DNA of 64,000 nucleotides from Octopus vulgaris (taxonomy: Eukaryota): NCBI GenBank assembly GCA_951406725.2, contig OX597833.1, positions 2,356,001 to 2,420,000 of the forward strand. The letters are read 5' to 3'. This document shows positions 12,685 through 27,596 of this stretch, piece by piece; the stretch's first letter is position 1, and every line of letters starts with the position of its first letter. A program made the translations under genes and the position numbers. Under the pieces are notes generated by a model. The model did no database searches, had not been told where the DNA came from, and saw only the letters and a list, made by a program, of their open reading frames with translations.

Positions 12685-13728
12685 CACATATTCACATACC
12701 GGTAAACTTTGCAATGTATATGTATTCAGATGTTGTATAAATACACACGTCTGCACACACACACACACACACGCACACACACACACACACACACACGCAC
12801 ACACACACATGAGTGTAGGTGTTTGTTAACTTTATTGAATTACCTCATTTTTTTCTTTTGTTTGTTTTTCCTCTTTTTCGTTGGTTTCAAATTATTTTCT
12901 GCATTTTGGAGGTGGAATAGTGTGTATATATCTAACGCCACTCCCAGCCCCATTTCAGCCCCACCCCAACCTACTTTAAAGCTAATTTTATTGATAGATT
13001 GCATGCAATCAATATAACTGACAACTTCTTGATTTTTTCCTTGTTCTTTTCTTTTTCCGATTTCCTTTTTTTTATTCCTCCACCTCTTCTTGCTCCTCCT
13101 CTACTCTTCCTACACCGAACTGTTGGAGATATTGATTGGCTACTATCGATTTGTTAATTGAGTAGCATACGAACTTACAAAAAAAGTGGTTTTTAAAAAT
13201 AAATAAATAAGAGAACCGAGGTACTCTCAAAATATAAATACACAGCAAACACTTACCAAAAGAAAAATATAACCGAGAATAGAACGGAAAGGGAAAGTAA
13301 AGAGGGAATGAAGGAAATGCAAATAAACAATTGAACAAATTGTTAAATATATATAGAAAGAAAAATAGGTGAAAAACCAGGAATGAAAGAAGAAAATTAA
13401 TTATGCTTCTGAGTGTTACCACTACTACGACGATGACGAGGGTGATGCCTCCGACGACTACTACTACTATTACTACTACTGGTTTGGTTTGATTTGATTT
13501 TCGGTTTATATTAAATTAAATTAAATTAAATCAAATTGTAAAACTTGATTCTTAAATGGAGTCAACCTAAAGGGAGGTAAGTTTAGTGTAGACGTCTTGT
13601 TTATTGAAATGTGTGTGTGTGTGTGTGATTAAAACCGTTGAGTATACGAATATGTGTATAAAAATGCATGTATATGAACGTCGTGCGTTAGATGCGTTGT
13701 GCTTTGTACGTATTCATATGGGATTGTG

Positions 13729-13797
<69 letters not shown>

Positions 13798-13925
13798 TAT
13801 ATCATATATGTAAATATGTGTGTTTAGTGCGTGCATTAGTGCGTGTGTATTATGCACGAGTGTACATATATAAAGAAATATTTGGCTCAGAAACACATAC
13901 GTACATATAAACACGTAACATAACC

Positions 13926-13964
<39 letters not shown>

Positions 13965-13972
13965 ATATATAA

Positions 13973-14019
<47 letters not shown>

Positions 14020-14398
14020 TACTGGAGTAAGCACATAAATGTGAAACAAGGTGGAAAAAAGAGTACTCAAATACCAGAGGTAGAGTAATATGCTTTATTT
14101 AATAGCAGCAGAAATATAACAAAAGATGTTACTTAGAGTTTCACGTTCCCGTTCGTCGGACAGTTTTGTTAACAAAAAAAAACACCATAATAATAACAAC
14201 GTATATAAATTGTAGAATAACAATTTATATACGTTATTATTCTTATTATTATTATTATTATTATTATTATTTTGCAATTTACTTAATCATTGAAATTTAT
14301 TGTTATTTTAATGTTAATATTTCTAAAATATGTAATTTTCTAGATGGTGTAATTTAATTGTTCATTTTGAATTGATAAAAGATGGTTTTTTTCTAATT

Positions 14399-14536
<138 letters not shown>

Positions 14537-14599
14537 TACATACATACATATTTGTTAAGTTTATATATATCTATATATATGTATATGTATGCATATATA

Positions 14600-14770
14600 T
14601 AACGGGAAGCTTTATGAAAATAATCAAAAGACGAAGGCAGGTGGAATACAAACAAACAATTGTATTAGTATGGCGCTCAGGAATATAAATAAAACAAGCC
14701 TTTTACGTTTCGAGCCTCCGCTCTTCAACAGAAAGATACACAGAAAAGAAACACGGAGAGAAAAAAAAAA
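14600..14770 (-). mobile_element. Penelope-like pLTR-type fragment with hammerhead-like motif
   Basis: Near-identical to 43175-43345. Confidence 0.6.
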
Positions 14771-14861
14771 CACCACTATCAACTCTTACCTCTACATTGG
14801 ATTTTTTTTACCTCCTAGATACTTACACTGGCCGCACCTCTCCTTCACGGATATTGATATG

Positions 14862-14904
<43 letters not shown>

Positions 14905-15521
14905 TATACATACTTGTTTTATATATATACACACACACACACCTTGAATTTAATAATGCAATATACATAAACGATTTAAGCGATTTTATTCAATAAATAA
15001 TATATTTATTTAATGATTATTAATATGTGTGTGTGTGTGGCCGCATGCGCACACATATGTAAACATCACATACGCATTGCTATATATTTACGTTTGCGCG
15101 TGAATTGTTGTTAGCCTTGTTTTTCTTCTTGTTGTTGTTGTGTACGGGTGTGAAAGAAAGAATGAAAGGCAGATAGACAGACATGAAGAAAGAGGATGGA
15201 TAGAGGCGAAGCATAGAAGGAACTTTAGCATATGAGAATAAGAAAAAAATATTTAAAAATATTAAGGCTTTTGTTAATTCATGGAGAAAATCGTGTGAGG
15301 CAACGTGTGACACGATAAGTTGCTGAGTGCGTAAGGTTGTGCGCATGCGTTTGTGGTTAATGCGACGAACACACGCTACACACGTTACTTCCAAGCACTG
15401 CGTTAAACAGCGGAAGTGAAATAGAACGATAAATCTTAGAGCGCATGCACAACAGAGTCCAATGTCAATCTCTGCCAAACAGCTTCACTCTGAATGCTTT
15501 TGCCTCGTTTCCATGGAAACA

Positions 15522-15550
15522 GTCCGGATAATTATCGATCAAACCTCGTA
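15522..15550. mobile_element. mariner-type terminal inverted repeat end
   Basis: Reverse complement reads TACGAGGTTTGATCGATAATTATCCGG, resembling TA-CGAGG... mariner TIRs; lies about 280 bp from a mariner transposase relic. Confidence 0.5.
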
Positions 15551-15829
15551 TGTATATATATGTGTGTGTGTGGTTGTGTGTTTGTGTATGTGTGTGCCTG
15601 CATGTGTGTAGGGTGCTAAAATGTACGAACACAATACAGTAAAGCGGTTAACTGTGTCTTTCAGTTTTGATAGGCGAAAGCCCTTCCTGATCCAGATTTC
15701 CTTTCTACACACACACACACACACATACTCACACACACGCACACACACACATACATACGCACGCACACACGCAAATACGCATGCACACATTCTCACACGT
15801 ACAAACACACACAAGCACACGCCATATAG

Positions 15830-16570
15830 TAAAAGCCACCATCTTGGAGGATCCTCGCATAACTATTCGGTAACTAGCCAAAGAAGTGATGGTAACTATA
15901 GGGTCCGTGGAAAATGTCATTCACAACCATTTGCACATGCGAAAATTGTCTTCACAGTGGATTCCGCGAATGCTCACACCTTTTCAAAAGAAGGAACGAG
16001 TCAATTGCTCCCAGGCTCTTTTAGCAATGTGCCAAGAAAATGAGAAGGCGCCGAGTTGGCAGAAACGTTAGCACGCCGGGCGAAATGCTTAGCGCTATTT
16101 CATCTACCGTTACGTTCTGAGTTCAAATTCCGCCGAGCTCGACTTTACCTTTCATCCTTTCGGGGTCGATAAATTAAGTACCAGTTACACTCTGGGGTCG
16201 AGGTAATCGACTTAATCCCTTTGTCTGTCCTTGTCCAACCCTCAGCAGGCAAGGTGATGCTCAGTGTTCTGGAACCAGCGTGGATTAGTGATGATGGATT
16301 TTCTGGCAAAGGGAATCATAATTAACGGGTCATATTATGCTTCTCGGCTGCAGAAATTGCGGGACGCCATCGCAGCAGAGAAGCGTAGCATTCTGACCAA
16401 ATGAGTCCGCCTCCTTCTAGACAAGGCTCCAGATCACAATGCGCATGTTTCTCCGATGAAAGCACGCTCCTGCGGCTACGAAATCCTTCCTCGCCCTCCT
16501 TACTCTCTCGACCTCGCACCAACTGACTTCCACCTCTTTCCAATCATGACGTCTTTTTGAAGGGGAAGCC
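15830..16570 (+). pseudogene. mariner (DD34D-type) transposase relic, interrupted by a SINE
   Basis: [13 protein letters not shown]...MRKLSSQWIPRMLT (HTH/WVPR motif), then PSAGKVMLSV, INGSYYA, LLLDKAPDH and PPYSLDLAPTDFHLF; contains stops, frameshifts and an internal deletion. Confidence 0.9.
16046..16234 (+). mobile_element. SINE family B inserted in the mariner relic
   Basis: Family B consensus lies between the two transposase segments. Confidence 0.88.
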
Positions 16571-16859
16571 GTAAAAGACAAACCAAAACTAATGGAAATC
16601 TGCAATTTATAATGTGACGTGTAGAATCATCTATGGTAATATCTGTACAAGTTCCGTTTCTTGCAATAACCGGAAGTGGGTTAGAGGAAATCTTTAATGA
16701 ACACTCTTCGCATATCCTGTGTTTATTAAATATTTTTCTGTCGTTGAATAGAGGAAGTCTTGTTGACACCGCCAATAAAACAATTGTACGCTATATACAT
16801 GTGACCGTGTGTGCATGCGGGTGTGTGTGTGCGCGTATGTATATGTATGTTTGTATATA

Positions 16860-17060
16860 TAGGGAAGGTTTACGAAAAAAAACAAAAGATGAAGACAGGT
16901 GGTGTACAAAACAAACAAACGTATTACAGATGTATAACTCTCAGGAATAGAAAACGTCTTTTACGTTTCGAACCTACGCTCTTCTACAGAAAGGGACACA
17001 GAAAAAAACAAGGAGAGGAAAAAATGTGTGTAGTGGCTAACGATATATCATGGCGGCGAC
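16860..17060 (-). mobile_element. Penelope-like pLTR-type fragment
   Basis: Same family as 7240, 14600 and 43175; motif acgtttcgaacctacgctcttctacagaaag. Confidence 0.6.
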
Positions 17061-17063
17061 TGC

Positions 17064-17113
<50 letters not shown>

Positions 17114-17165
17114 GTATATATGTATATTGGCTAAACTGGCAAAATGACCATTCCGAAATATAACA

Positions 17166-17242
<77 letters not shown>

Positions 17243-17529
17243 CGACAGTTTGCCTGCTTCAATTTCCATCTTCAATATCCACTTCACACGGTTTTCGTTC
17301 ATCCAAGTTACCAAATCAAACTGGGGTAACAAATTTAAAAAATGCTCCGCCTACGAAAGCTTCAACGAAATTCACGCCGCCTCAGATGTGTATGCATATG
17401 CACATGCGTGGGTGAGCATGTGACTGCATCGGAAACGTTCTTTAGTCTTAACCTACATCGTTAAAGCACAAATAGTTTTTAGTTCTATCGGTTTCATTGA
17501 AGAATTTTACGTATTTCTTATTTCACGTT

Positions 17530-19200
17530 TTAACTTTTACCTTCCTTTTTCTTTCTTTCCTTCCACTTATACTCTTATACTCTTATACTCTTATTCTCTT
17601 CTTATACTCATTCAATTTTTTTCTTTTTTCTTTAATCTTTCATTGTTACATTTTCACTTGTCTTCCTCCATAACTTTCTCGCCTTTCAACTTTATATATA
17701 TGCATAGATTTTTTTCCCCTTTTCCCAATCCAATCCTTTTCTTTTCCCTCTGTTCTCTTGTTCCACTTAATATGTCATTATTCTGTCCCAAATATTTCCG
17801 TTAAGTAAATATGTTGATCCAAATCATTTACGGAATTTCCGGTCATTCTTACACATTTTCTTTTTATTTTCTATCCGCCATTCTACTTTCTCGTCATTTG
17901 ATGTCTTTCTCCTTTTCCTTTCATTTTATCGTAACTTCTTTGTCCTTCCTTTTAACTTTTCCTTCTTTTCTTCCTAATTTAATCTTTTCCTTCTCCTCTC
18001 CTTCGCTTGTTCTGATCCTTTCCATCTTTTTCCTTTATTATACTTTCATCATCTTTCTTTCTTATATCGTTCTCGCTGTTCTTCAAGTCTCAATGCTGTT
18101 CTCTCCTCCTAAGTATATTTGGCTTCCATTTCCTTAAATCATCTTAAAATTCCCCTCATTTCTTTACCTTTTTCTCCGCATCTCTTTTCCGCCATCCTAT
18201 TTTCTGTCTTTTACTACCCTTCTTCCGTTTTCTTTCGTTCTCTTATGTCATCTTCCTTCACATTCTTCCTTATTCTTTGCTCTTCATTGATTCTATTTCA
18301 TTCTCTCCCTTTTGCCTTCATATTCTTAACTCTTTCTCCCAACCTCTCTCTTCCTCTCTATCTTTTATTCTATACTTCCATCTATCTCCATCACTATCGG
18401 TTTTCTTCCAAATCTTAATGTACTTCTCCAGGTCTAAGTACCTTTTTACACCCCACCCCACCACTCATCCTGCCTTAAAATTCTCACATTTCTTCACTCA
18501 TCTTCATCTTTACTCAAGCCTTTCCCCAAGTTCCTCGTTTGTTATTTTTCTCCATAATTTTTCTCCACAATTTTTCTCCATAATTTTTCTCCACAATTTT
18601 TCTCCCTACTATCCTTCACTATCTTCCTGCCTCCTATCCACTTTATATTTCTTTCCTTCTCTTCCACATATTCCCCCATTATTGTTCCTTCTTCTATTCT
18701 ACCCACTCACTCATCTTCATTCATTTAATCCATCCATATTTACTCTCAATCTCCTCTCACCTTTCTACCTTTCTCCCGCCATTTTTCTACCTTACGTTTT
18801 ATCTTTCCCTCTTTCTCTCTTTCTCTCAGTACTTCTATAATTCTTTCAGCTTTTTCTTCGTTATTTATTCATTTCTTGATCTAATCATACCATTTTTCCT
18901 TATTTAGTCATTCCTAGAATTATTTCTTTCGTTCTTTAATCAAAGCAATTTATCATCAGCTTTGCTTTAATAATCTTTTAGAATTTTATTTTATGGTAAC
19001 GTATTTCTCCCTTTCTCTCATTCCGTCTGTCTATCTTTTCCTCGACACATTTCTCCGTATGTCTATCTTTCTATCCGTCGTTCATTTTCTGTCTATCTCT
19101 CCATCTTTCTAGCGATGCCGCAGCAGCGTTTTGTTCTTATATTTCTTTTCATTTCTACCTTCGGTTTGTGTTCCACTACGTTTTATCTTCTTCCATTGTT
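17530..19200. repeat. ~1.7-kb non-periodic pyrimidine-rich low-complexity tract
   Basis: Strong C/T skew with very few G on the + strand. Confidence 0.85.
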
Positions 19201-19510
19201 GATGCTCCAATTATTCCAAAGTGCTTCGCATTCTTTGCTTGTAAGATTGTTATATGAGTGTGTATGTACGTGAGTGCGTACACAGATGTGCATATCTATG
19301 GGCATTTGCGCAAAGGTGTATTTATACATCTATTTATGTGTGTGTGAACACACGCACACAGATGTATGTGTGCATGTATACATATACATATACATATTTA
19401 CATATATATACATATATGTATATATACAAACATGTATATACATACATAGATATATATACATGTATATATATGAATATATATCTATATATATATATACACA
19501 TATATATATT

Positions 19511-19590
<80 letters not shown>

Positions 19591-19743
19591 GGGGTGTCTG
19601 TGTATATATATATGTAATTGCACAGAACACATATATGCCAATTTCTCAGTTGATCCGTCCCCATATTTCTCCGTCTCTCTATAAACCAATATTCTGGAGC
19701 CAATATTTATGAGTAATATCTGCATATAAATCTCCATATCTAC

Positions 19744-19779
<36 letters not shown>

Positions 19780-19895
19780 CTCTCTCATTCTGCATATATT
19801 TATACATATACAAATATATATATATACACACACACACATATGTATATATATATACATATATGCACACACACGATTATACAAACACCCCCTCACAA

Positions 19896-19952
<57 letters not shown>

Positions 19953-20509
19953 AGTACGTGTGTGTAATACATACACGTAAGTACATACCTACATACACGC
20001 ACACACACACACACACAAATCCTCTATTGATTGTTTGTCGATAGGTATACCTATAAAATACAATCGTTTAATCATTACAATGTCCTCATCCCAAATTACA
20101 TACCTCCCAATCTACCTATTAAATATATAGCCAGCTTCTCTACATACCTGCTTATGCCATTCTTGAGGTAATCTCTCTCTCCCTCTCTCTCTTTCTTTCT
20201 CTCTCTTTCTTTCTCTCTCTCTCTCTCACTCTCTCTCTCTCTCTCACGCAGACACCTACGCACACAGATTCTTCCTAAGATAAGCACTAGCTTCCTTCTA
20301 AGATAGGTATTGCACAGAGGTTAGTTTTTTGTTATCATCAATAAGAGCACCTGAGCGGTACTGTATTTAAAGAAAGAAAAAGCCCAGTGATGGAAAAAAA
20401 CAAAGAGACATTCCGTCCGGATTTGAACTCCAAACACAACTCATTTTCTCCGACGTTCTAGCAATTCTGACAGCCATCGATTATACACGCAGCTACATCA
20501 TAATATATT

Positions 20510-20534
20510 ACACATACATACATACATACATACA

Positions 20535-20568
<34 letters not shown>

Positions 20569-20900
20569 CATACATACATACATACATACATACATACATA
20601 CATGCATACATGCATATATACATATATACATACATACATACATGCATATATACATACATACATACATGCATACGTACATACATACATGCATACATATATA
20701 CATACATACATATATGCATACATATATACATATATACATACATACATACATGCATGCATACATACATATATACATACATACATACATGCATACATACATA
20801 CATATATACATACATACATACATGCATACATACATATATACATATATACATACTTGCATACATACATACATACATACATGCATACTTACACACATACATA
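20510..20900. repeat. (CATA)n array
   Basis: Directly visible. Confidence 0.95.
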
Positions 20901-21408
20901 CATATGCATACAAATATATGTATATATATATATATGTATATACATATATATGTGTGTGTCTATATGCATATATATATACAAATATGTGTGCGTGTATACA
21001 TTCACATGTATATATATATATATATACCGGAGTAAGCACATAAATGTGAAACAAAGTGGAAAAAAATGAGTACTCAAATACCAGAGGTAGAGTATATAAT
21101 GTGTATGTATGTATGTGTATATATGTCTATGCAGGTATGTATGTATGTATGTATGTATATATATATATATATATATATATAGCACTTTGTCTAATTGTTT
21201 GTTTTAAACACTTGTTTGTGATATTCACTCAGCAAGTTCCGCACCCTTGCACTCCGTTACCTGGCCAACACCAGCGATTCATACGAAAGGAAGAGAGAAA
21301 AAAAAACACAAAAGCGAGGATTCACGGTGCATCCAATTACCTAATGATCTATTAGGAGAGATATAATATTACATACCTGCCTACACACACACACACACGT
21401 ACCTACAT

Positions 21409-21452
<44 letters not shown>

Positions 21453-21503
21453 GTTTGTGGCTTCATATACATTTATGTATATGTATATGATTATATATGT
21501 ATG

Positions 21504-21734
<231 letters not shown>

Positions 21735-22617
21735 ACACATATGTTGATGCCTACATATGTTTATTCTCTTACTTGTTTCAATTGTTTGACTGAGGCCATG
21801 GTGGAGCACCGCCTTTTTTTAGCCCAAGGCATCGAGCCCAGGGTTTGTTCTCCGTAATCATGCTACTTATTCTATCCGATATTTTGCCGAACCGCTATAC
21901 ATATGTGTGTGTGTGTGTGTGTGTGTGTCTATGTGTGTGTATATATATATTTATATACATATATACATATCTGCATATATAATATATATAAAGGCACATA
22001 TGTACGTATATGTTCGTACATATGTGTGTATATATATATATATGGGTAGAGTGGTGTTGTATGTGTGTGCGTTTGTATGCGTGATTGAGAGTATGGTAGT
22101 CTTGTCCTTTGCCGCACCCACGCCATTATATAATTGCTACTGCATGATCTGTGTATGTTTGTTCTTGCGCGTATATGTGTCTGTGTTTGTCTGCGTGTGT
22201 CTGTGTGTGTCTGTATTTGTCTGTGTGTGTGTGTCTGTGTGTGTCTGTGTTTGTCTGTGTGTGTCTGTGTGTGTCTGTGTGTGTCTGCAGATGAGCGCAA
22301 TATCGAGAGGCGTTGAGTGTAGGCGTCTGCTTCGTATTTGGTTCAAATATCTGTTTTGGGCGATAAATATTTTTAGCTGTTCTTTGAAAGGAACCATCTA
22401 ACCGGGCATTCCCTAGACATATGACACTATGACGTAATATCCCATCGAGTCTGGCCTCCCGATTTGCAAATTGCACTTTTACTCGTCCTGCGCCATAGAT
22501 TCTGGTGTCTATGTAAAGAAAATGGCTACGTCTTCAAAGTACCGCAAAAAGCCAATCGAATATTTTACGTCACCGCCGAAAAGCGAAATTACTCACCATC
22601 GTTATGTGTGTGTGTGT

Positions 22618-22844
22618 AGGTGCGATTGTATAATACCTGTGGCTCTGTGAGTGTGTGTGTGTGTGTGCGATCGTATAATACCTGTGGCTCTGTGTGTGTG
22701 TTTTTGTGTGTAGGTGTGATTGTATAATACCTGTGGCTCTGTGTGTGTGTGTGTGTGTGTGTGTGTAGGTGCGATTGTATAATACCTGTGGCTCTGTGTG
22801 TGTGTGTGTGTGTGTGTGTAGGTGTGATTGTATAATACCTGTGG

Positions 22845-22886
<42 letters not shown>

Positions 22887-22909
22887 GTGCGATTGTATAA
22901 TACCTGTGG

Positions 22910-22949
<40 letters not shown>

Positions 22950-22994
22950 GTGCGATTGTATAATACCTGTGGCTCTGTGTGTGTGTGTGTGTGT
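22618..22994. repeat. minisatellite: 7 copies of aggtgYgattgtataatacctgtggctct separated by variable (GT)n
   Basis: The motif tacctgtggctct occurs 7 times. Confidence 0.95.
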
Positions 22995-23552
22995 GCTCGT
23001 GTGTATGTACACGTGGGCCTGTGAAAGAGAGAGAGAGACAGACTGACACTGTATTCTTGTGAACGTGTGAGTGATTGTGCGTGAATGCGCGTATTTGTGT
23101 TTGTGTGTGTGTGTGTATGTGTGTGCCTGTGTGTGTGAGAGAGAGAGAGAGAAGGAGACTGAGAGTGAGACAGAGAGAGAGATTGTATAGGCCAGTGAGT
23201 TTGCGTGTACTTGCGTGTGTGGTTGTGTGCTGCCTATATATGAGTATGAGTGTGTGTGCGTATGTGTGTGTGTGTGTGTGTGTGTGTGTTTAATGTGCTT
23301 GTGCATGTGTATGCGGGTGTGTATCTGGGAGTGTGTGGGAGTGTGCATGTGAGAGAGTGCATGTGCGTAAGAATTTACTTATATATATATAAACATATAC
23401 ACCAATATATGTACGTACATACACATATATATATATATATATATATATACAGAGAGAGAGAGAGAGAGAGAGAGAAATATACTCATATCTATAGATTCAT
23501 ATACACATCTATATATATATATAAACATGCATCCACACACTCACACGCACAC

Positions 23553-23601
<49 letters not shown>

Positions 23602-23623
23602 TATACATATATAAATTTATATA

Positions 23624-24042
23624 TAGGCGCAGGAGTGGCTGTGTGGTAAGTAGCTTGCTAACAAACCACATGGTTCCGGGTTCAGTCTCACTGCGTGGCA
23701 TCTTGGGCAAGTGTCTTCTGCTATAGCCCCGGGCCGACCAATGCCTTGTGAGTGGATTTGGTAGACGGAAACTGAAAGAAGCCTGTCGTATATATGTATG
23801 TATATAGAAGTGTGTGTGTATATGTTTGTGTGTCTGTGTTTGTCCCCCTAGCATTGCTTGACAACCGATTCTTGTGTGTTTATGTCCCCGTCACTTAGCG
23901 GTTCGGCAAAAGAGACCGATAGAATAAGTACTGGGCTTACAAAGAATAAGTCCGCGGGTCGATTTGCACGACTAAAGGCGGTGCTCCAGCATGGCCGCAG
24001 TCAAATGACTGAAACAAGTAAAAGAGTAAAAGAGTAAAAGAG
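23624..24042 (+). mobile_element. SINE family A
   Basis: Full consensus with (TAAAAGAG)3 tail. Confidence 0.93.
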
Positions 24043-24069
24043 TATAGACATATATATAGAGAGAGACAA

Positions 24070-24162
<93 letters not shown>

Positions 24163-24192
24163 GAAAGAGACACACAGACAGACAGGGATAGG

Positions 24193-24268
<76 letters not shown>

Positions 24269-24379
24269 ACTTTTATCAGATTTTCGTTGTCTTTTTGAGA
24301 CCCAAGTTTTCGTGCCGCTATTTGGCACAAGATAACAAAGTTTCATCAAATTCTATCATTCTTCTTCTTATTATTATTA

Positions 24380-24460
<81 letters not shown>

Positions 24461-24529
24461 CATCACCATCATCATCATCATTATGCACCACTTCGGCTTT
24501 GAGTATTTATTTCTCCGATTTTATGCTAC

Positions 24530-24594
<65 letters not shown>

Positions 24595-25171
24595 CAGTTA
24601 TCTATTTGTCTGTTATTCATATTTGCATGACTGTTCGACGTAGCAAGATGCCAGAAATGCTTAGCGGTATTTCTTCCGTCTTTAGTTTCTGAGTTCAAAT
24701 TCCACCGAGGTCGACTTTGCATTTCATCCTCTCTGGCTATATAAAATAATTCCCATCGACCTACTCCGTCTCCCGAAATTGCTGGCCTTGTGCCAAAATT
24801 TGAAACCAGTATTATTCACGTCGTCATTGCTTAGCGCCATTTCTTCCAGCTTTGCGTTCTGAGTTCAAATTCGGCCGAGGTCAACTTTGCCTCTCCTCCA
24901 CTAGCCCTCCCTCTTTGAAATTCATACACACAAATACCACACACACTGATATATGTATATGTATGTACATCACTACTTAATTATCTCCCCTTCTTCCTAG
25001 CTCTCCTGTGTGACCTCTCTGGTCGGCATTCGCCATGATAGATCGCTAACCACCGAACCAGAGCGTAGGCTCGAAGCGTAAAAGACTTTCTCACTTCCCG
25101 AGTGTTGAACTAATACATCTGTTCGTTGTTTACACACCCGTCTTCATCTTTTGCGTTTTGTAAATTCTCAC

Positions 25172-25248
<77 letters not shown>

Positions 25249-25829
25249 GACGAGCTTCTTTCTGTTTCTGTCTAAAACAAGCCACTCATATGTATGGCTT
25301 TGGTTGTCCCGAGGCTATAGTAGGAGACGCTTGCCTGGGACTGGGACTGAACCTGGAATCGTGAGGTTGTGAAACAAACTTCTTACCACACGGCCACGTC
25401 TGTTATGCAGTTTATCAGAAAGTATGTTCTTAATGAAGAGCTTACTAGTTACACTTCCGAACACTTGCTTGTATTTGCTGATATATGTATGACGTTGTTT
25501 AGCAGACGCCTGAGTAATTCTGGTATTCTGGTATTCTGGTCAATGAACGGAACTAGCTTAATCGAGAATTATTCCGTAGAGGCGGAATCGTCTGTTGACG
25601 TAATCTCACAGCAGAGCTGGCATTCTAATTACCAGCCACCTCTATTCTGTTAGCCTTGACGCTTGCTTGAGTTTCGAATCTATGGTAAAACGATGCTTCG
25701 TCAAAGTACGTCTGAGAACAAATCGAAAGTTTTACACCTGTGATAACAAGCCAATTTCTTTAAACATCTCTATAAAGGAACACAACTGTAACCGCCATGT
25801 TTGACCGCTAAATCCACAGGCTCTTTTTA

Positions 25830-25985
25830 CTCTCTCTCTCTGTTTATTTTGTCTAATTCCTTTCTGCTGACGAGCGTAGGCTCGAAATGTAAATGACTTT
25901 CTCACTTTCCCCAGAATCAAACTAATACACTTGCTTGTTGTTCATACACCTGTTTTTGTCTTTTGATTTTCTACAAATTTGAACA
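25830..25985 (+). mobile_element. Penelope-like pLTR-type fragment
   Basis: tttctgctgacgagcgtaggctcgaaatgta; a second + strand copy lies at about 25010-25175. Confidence 0.55.
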
Positions 25986-26036
25986 ATATCTATCTATTTA
26001 TCTGTCTATCTATCTATCTATGTATATATCTATCTA

Positions 26037-26091
<55 letters not shown>

Positions 26092-26096
26092 CCATC

Positions 26097-26129
<33 letters not shown>

Positions 26130-26130
26130 C

Positions 26131-26535
26131 ATGAGTGGCTATGTGGTAAGTAGCTTGCTTACCAACCACATGGTTCCGGGTTCAGTCCCCCAGGCGTGGC
26201 ACCTTGGGCAAGTGTCTTCTGCTATAGCCTCGGGCCGACCAAAGCATTGTGAGTGGATTTGGTAGACGGAAACTGAAAGAAGCCTGTCGTGTATATGTAT
26301 GTATATATATATATGTGTTTGTGTGTGTGTTTGTGTGTCTGTGTTTGTCCTCCCAACATCGCTTGACAACCGTTGCTGGTGTGTTCATGTCCCCGTAACT
26401 TAACGGTTCGGCAAAAGAGACCGATAGAATAAGTACTAAGCTTACAAAGTCCCGGGGTCGACTTGCTCGACTAAAGGCGGTGCTCCAGCATGGTCGCAGT
26501 CAAATGACTTAAAACAAGTAAAAGTGTAAAAGAGT
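26131..26535 (+). mobile_element. SINE family A
   Basis: Consensus lacking the first ~8 nt. Confidence 0.92.
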
Positions 26536-27283
26536 AAGATTATATCAAATCTCAAGCAGTTTTATTTGCTTATTTGCATATTTGTCCCCATAATTATATA
26601 GCTGTAGATAATTATTATATAACTTTCGACGCGTTTAAATAACATTCATAATTTGTTTAGAATTAAAATACGATTAAATCTAGATATTTACCTGGAGGTT
26701 ATAAGTTCCTTTTAAACATCGCTTTAAGATTATTGGAAGCATAAATCCATTACAAACCACTTCGGCACGTGAGTTAACTGGATTACAAAATTATAACTCC
26801 TTGTATTTTGAATTTAATGGGATCCGCAAACGCTAACTCTTGATTTGACTTGACAGGTAAATAAGAATGCTTCACATCTAAAGAACGTAGTAAGACTTTA
26901 AGCGGAAATTGGCAGGGGAAGATAGAAAGGGGGAGAGAGAGACAGAGAGAGACAGACAGAGGCAGAGAGACAGTGAAAGAAATTGAGACAGTTATATGTA
27001 CGTATGCGTACAGAAGCTAGCACTCCTTCGGTTTTTACAAGGGTCCATTTGGGTCCGATCAACGGTGCAGTTTCCTATTTAAATTAACGTGCAAGAGCTT
27101 GAGTACTCCGCAGGCACACCTATCCTTAATGTAGTTCTAAGAGAGATTCATCGTGACACAAAGTGTAACAGGTACAACTCATTCTTGCCAAGACACTGCA
27201 TTGACAATGTTTTAATTTTGCAACACACTGTATGTGTGTTGAACTATTTGCGCGAATAGTACGCACATGTAAAATAATAATAA

Positions 27284-27533
27284 GTTCGCCCTTTTTTAAA
27301 GCCTAGCCAGGCTCATGGGCCCGGTTTCCCGGTTTCTATGGCATATGTGTTCCCCAGTTGGACGGGACGCCAGTCCATTGCAGCGTTACTCATTTTTGCC
27401 AGCTGAGTGGACTGGAGCAACGTGAAGTGAAGTGTCTTGCTCAAGAACACAACGCGTCGCCCGGTCCAGGAACCCAAACCACAATCTTACGATCATGCTG
27501 CTGACACCCTAACCACTAAGCTGCGCGCCTCCA
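27284..27533 (-). mobile_element. SINE related to family C with alternative body/tail
   Basis: tRNA-like head (reverse complement tggaggcgcgcagcttagtggttaggg); tail shared with 57540-57605. Confidence 0.75.
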
Positions 27534-27538
27534 CCACA

Positions 27539-27584
<46 letters not shown>

Positions 27585-27596
<12 letters not shown>

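Noticed and set aside
22440-22540. Tc1-like WPP...FW motif relic
   Set aside because: Too degenerate to call, with no supporting motifs.
22618-22994. CRISPR-like repeat-spacer appearance
   Set aside because: The spacers are only (GT)n, the context is eukaryotic and there are no cas genes.
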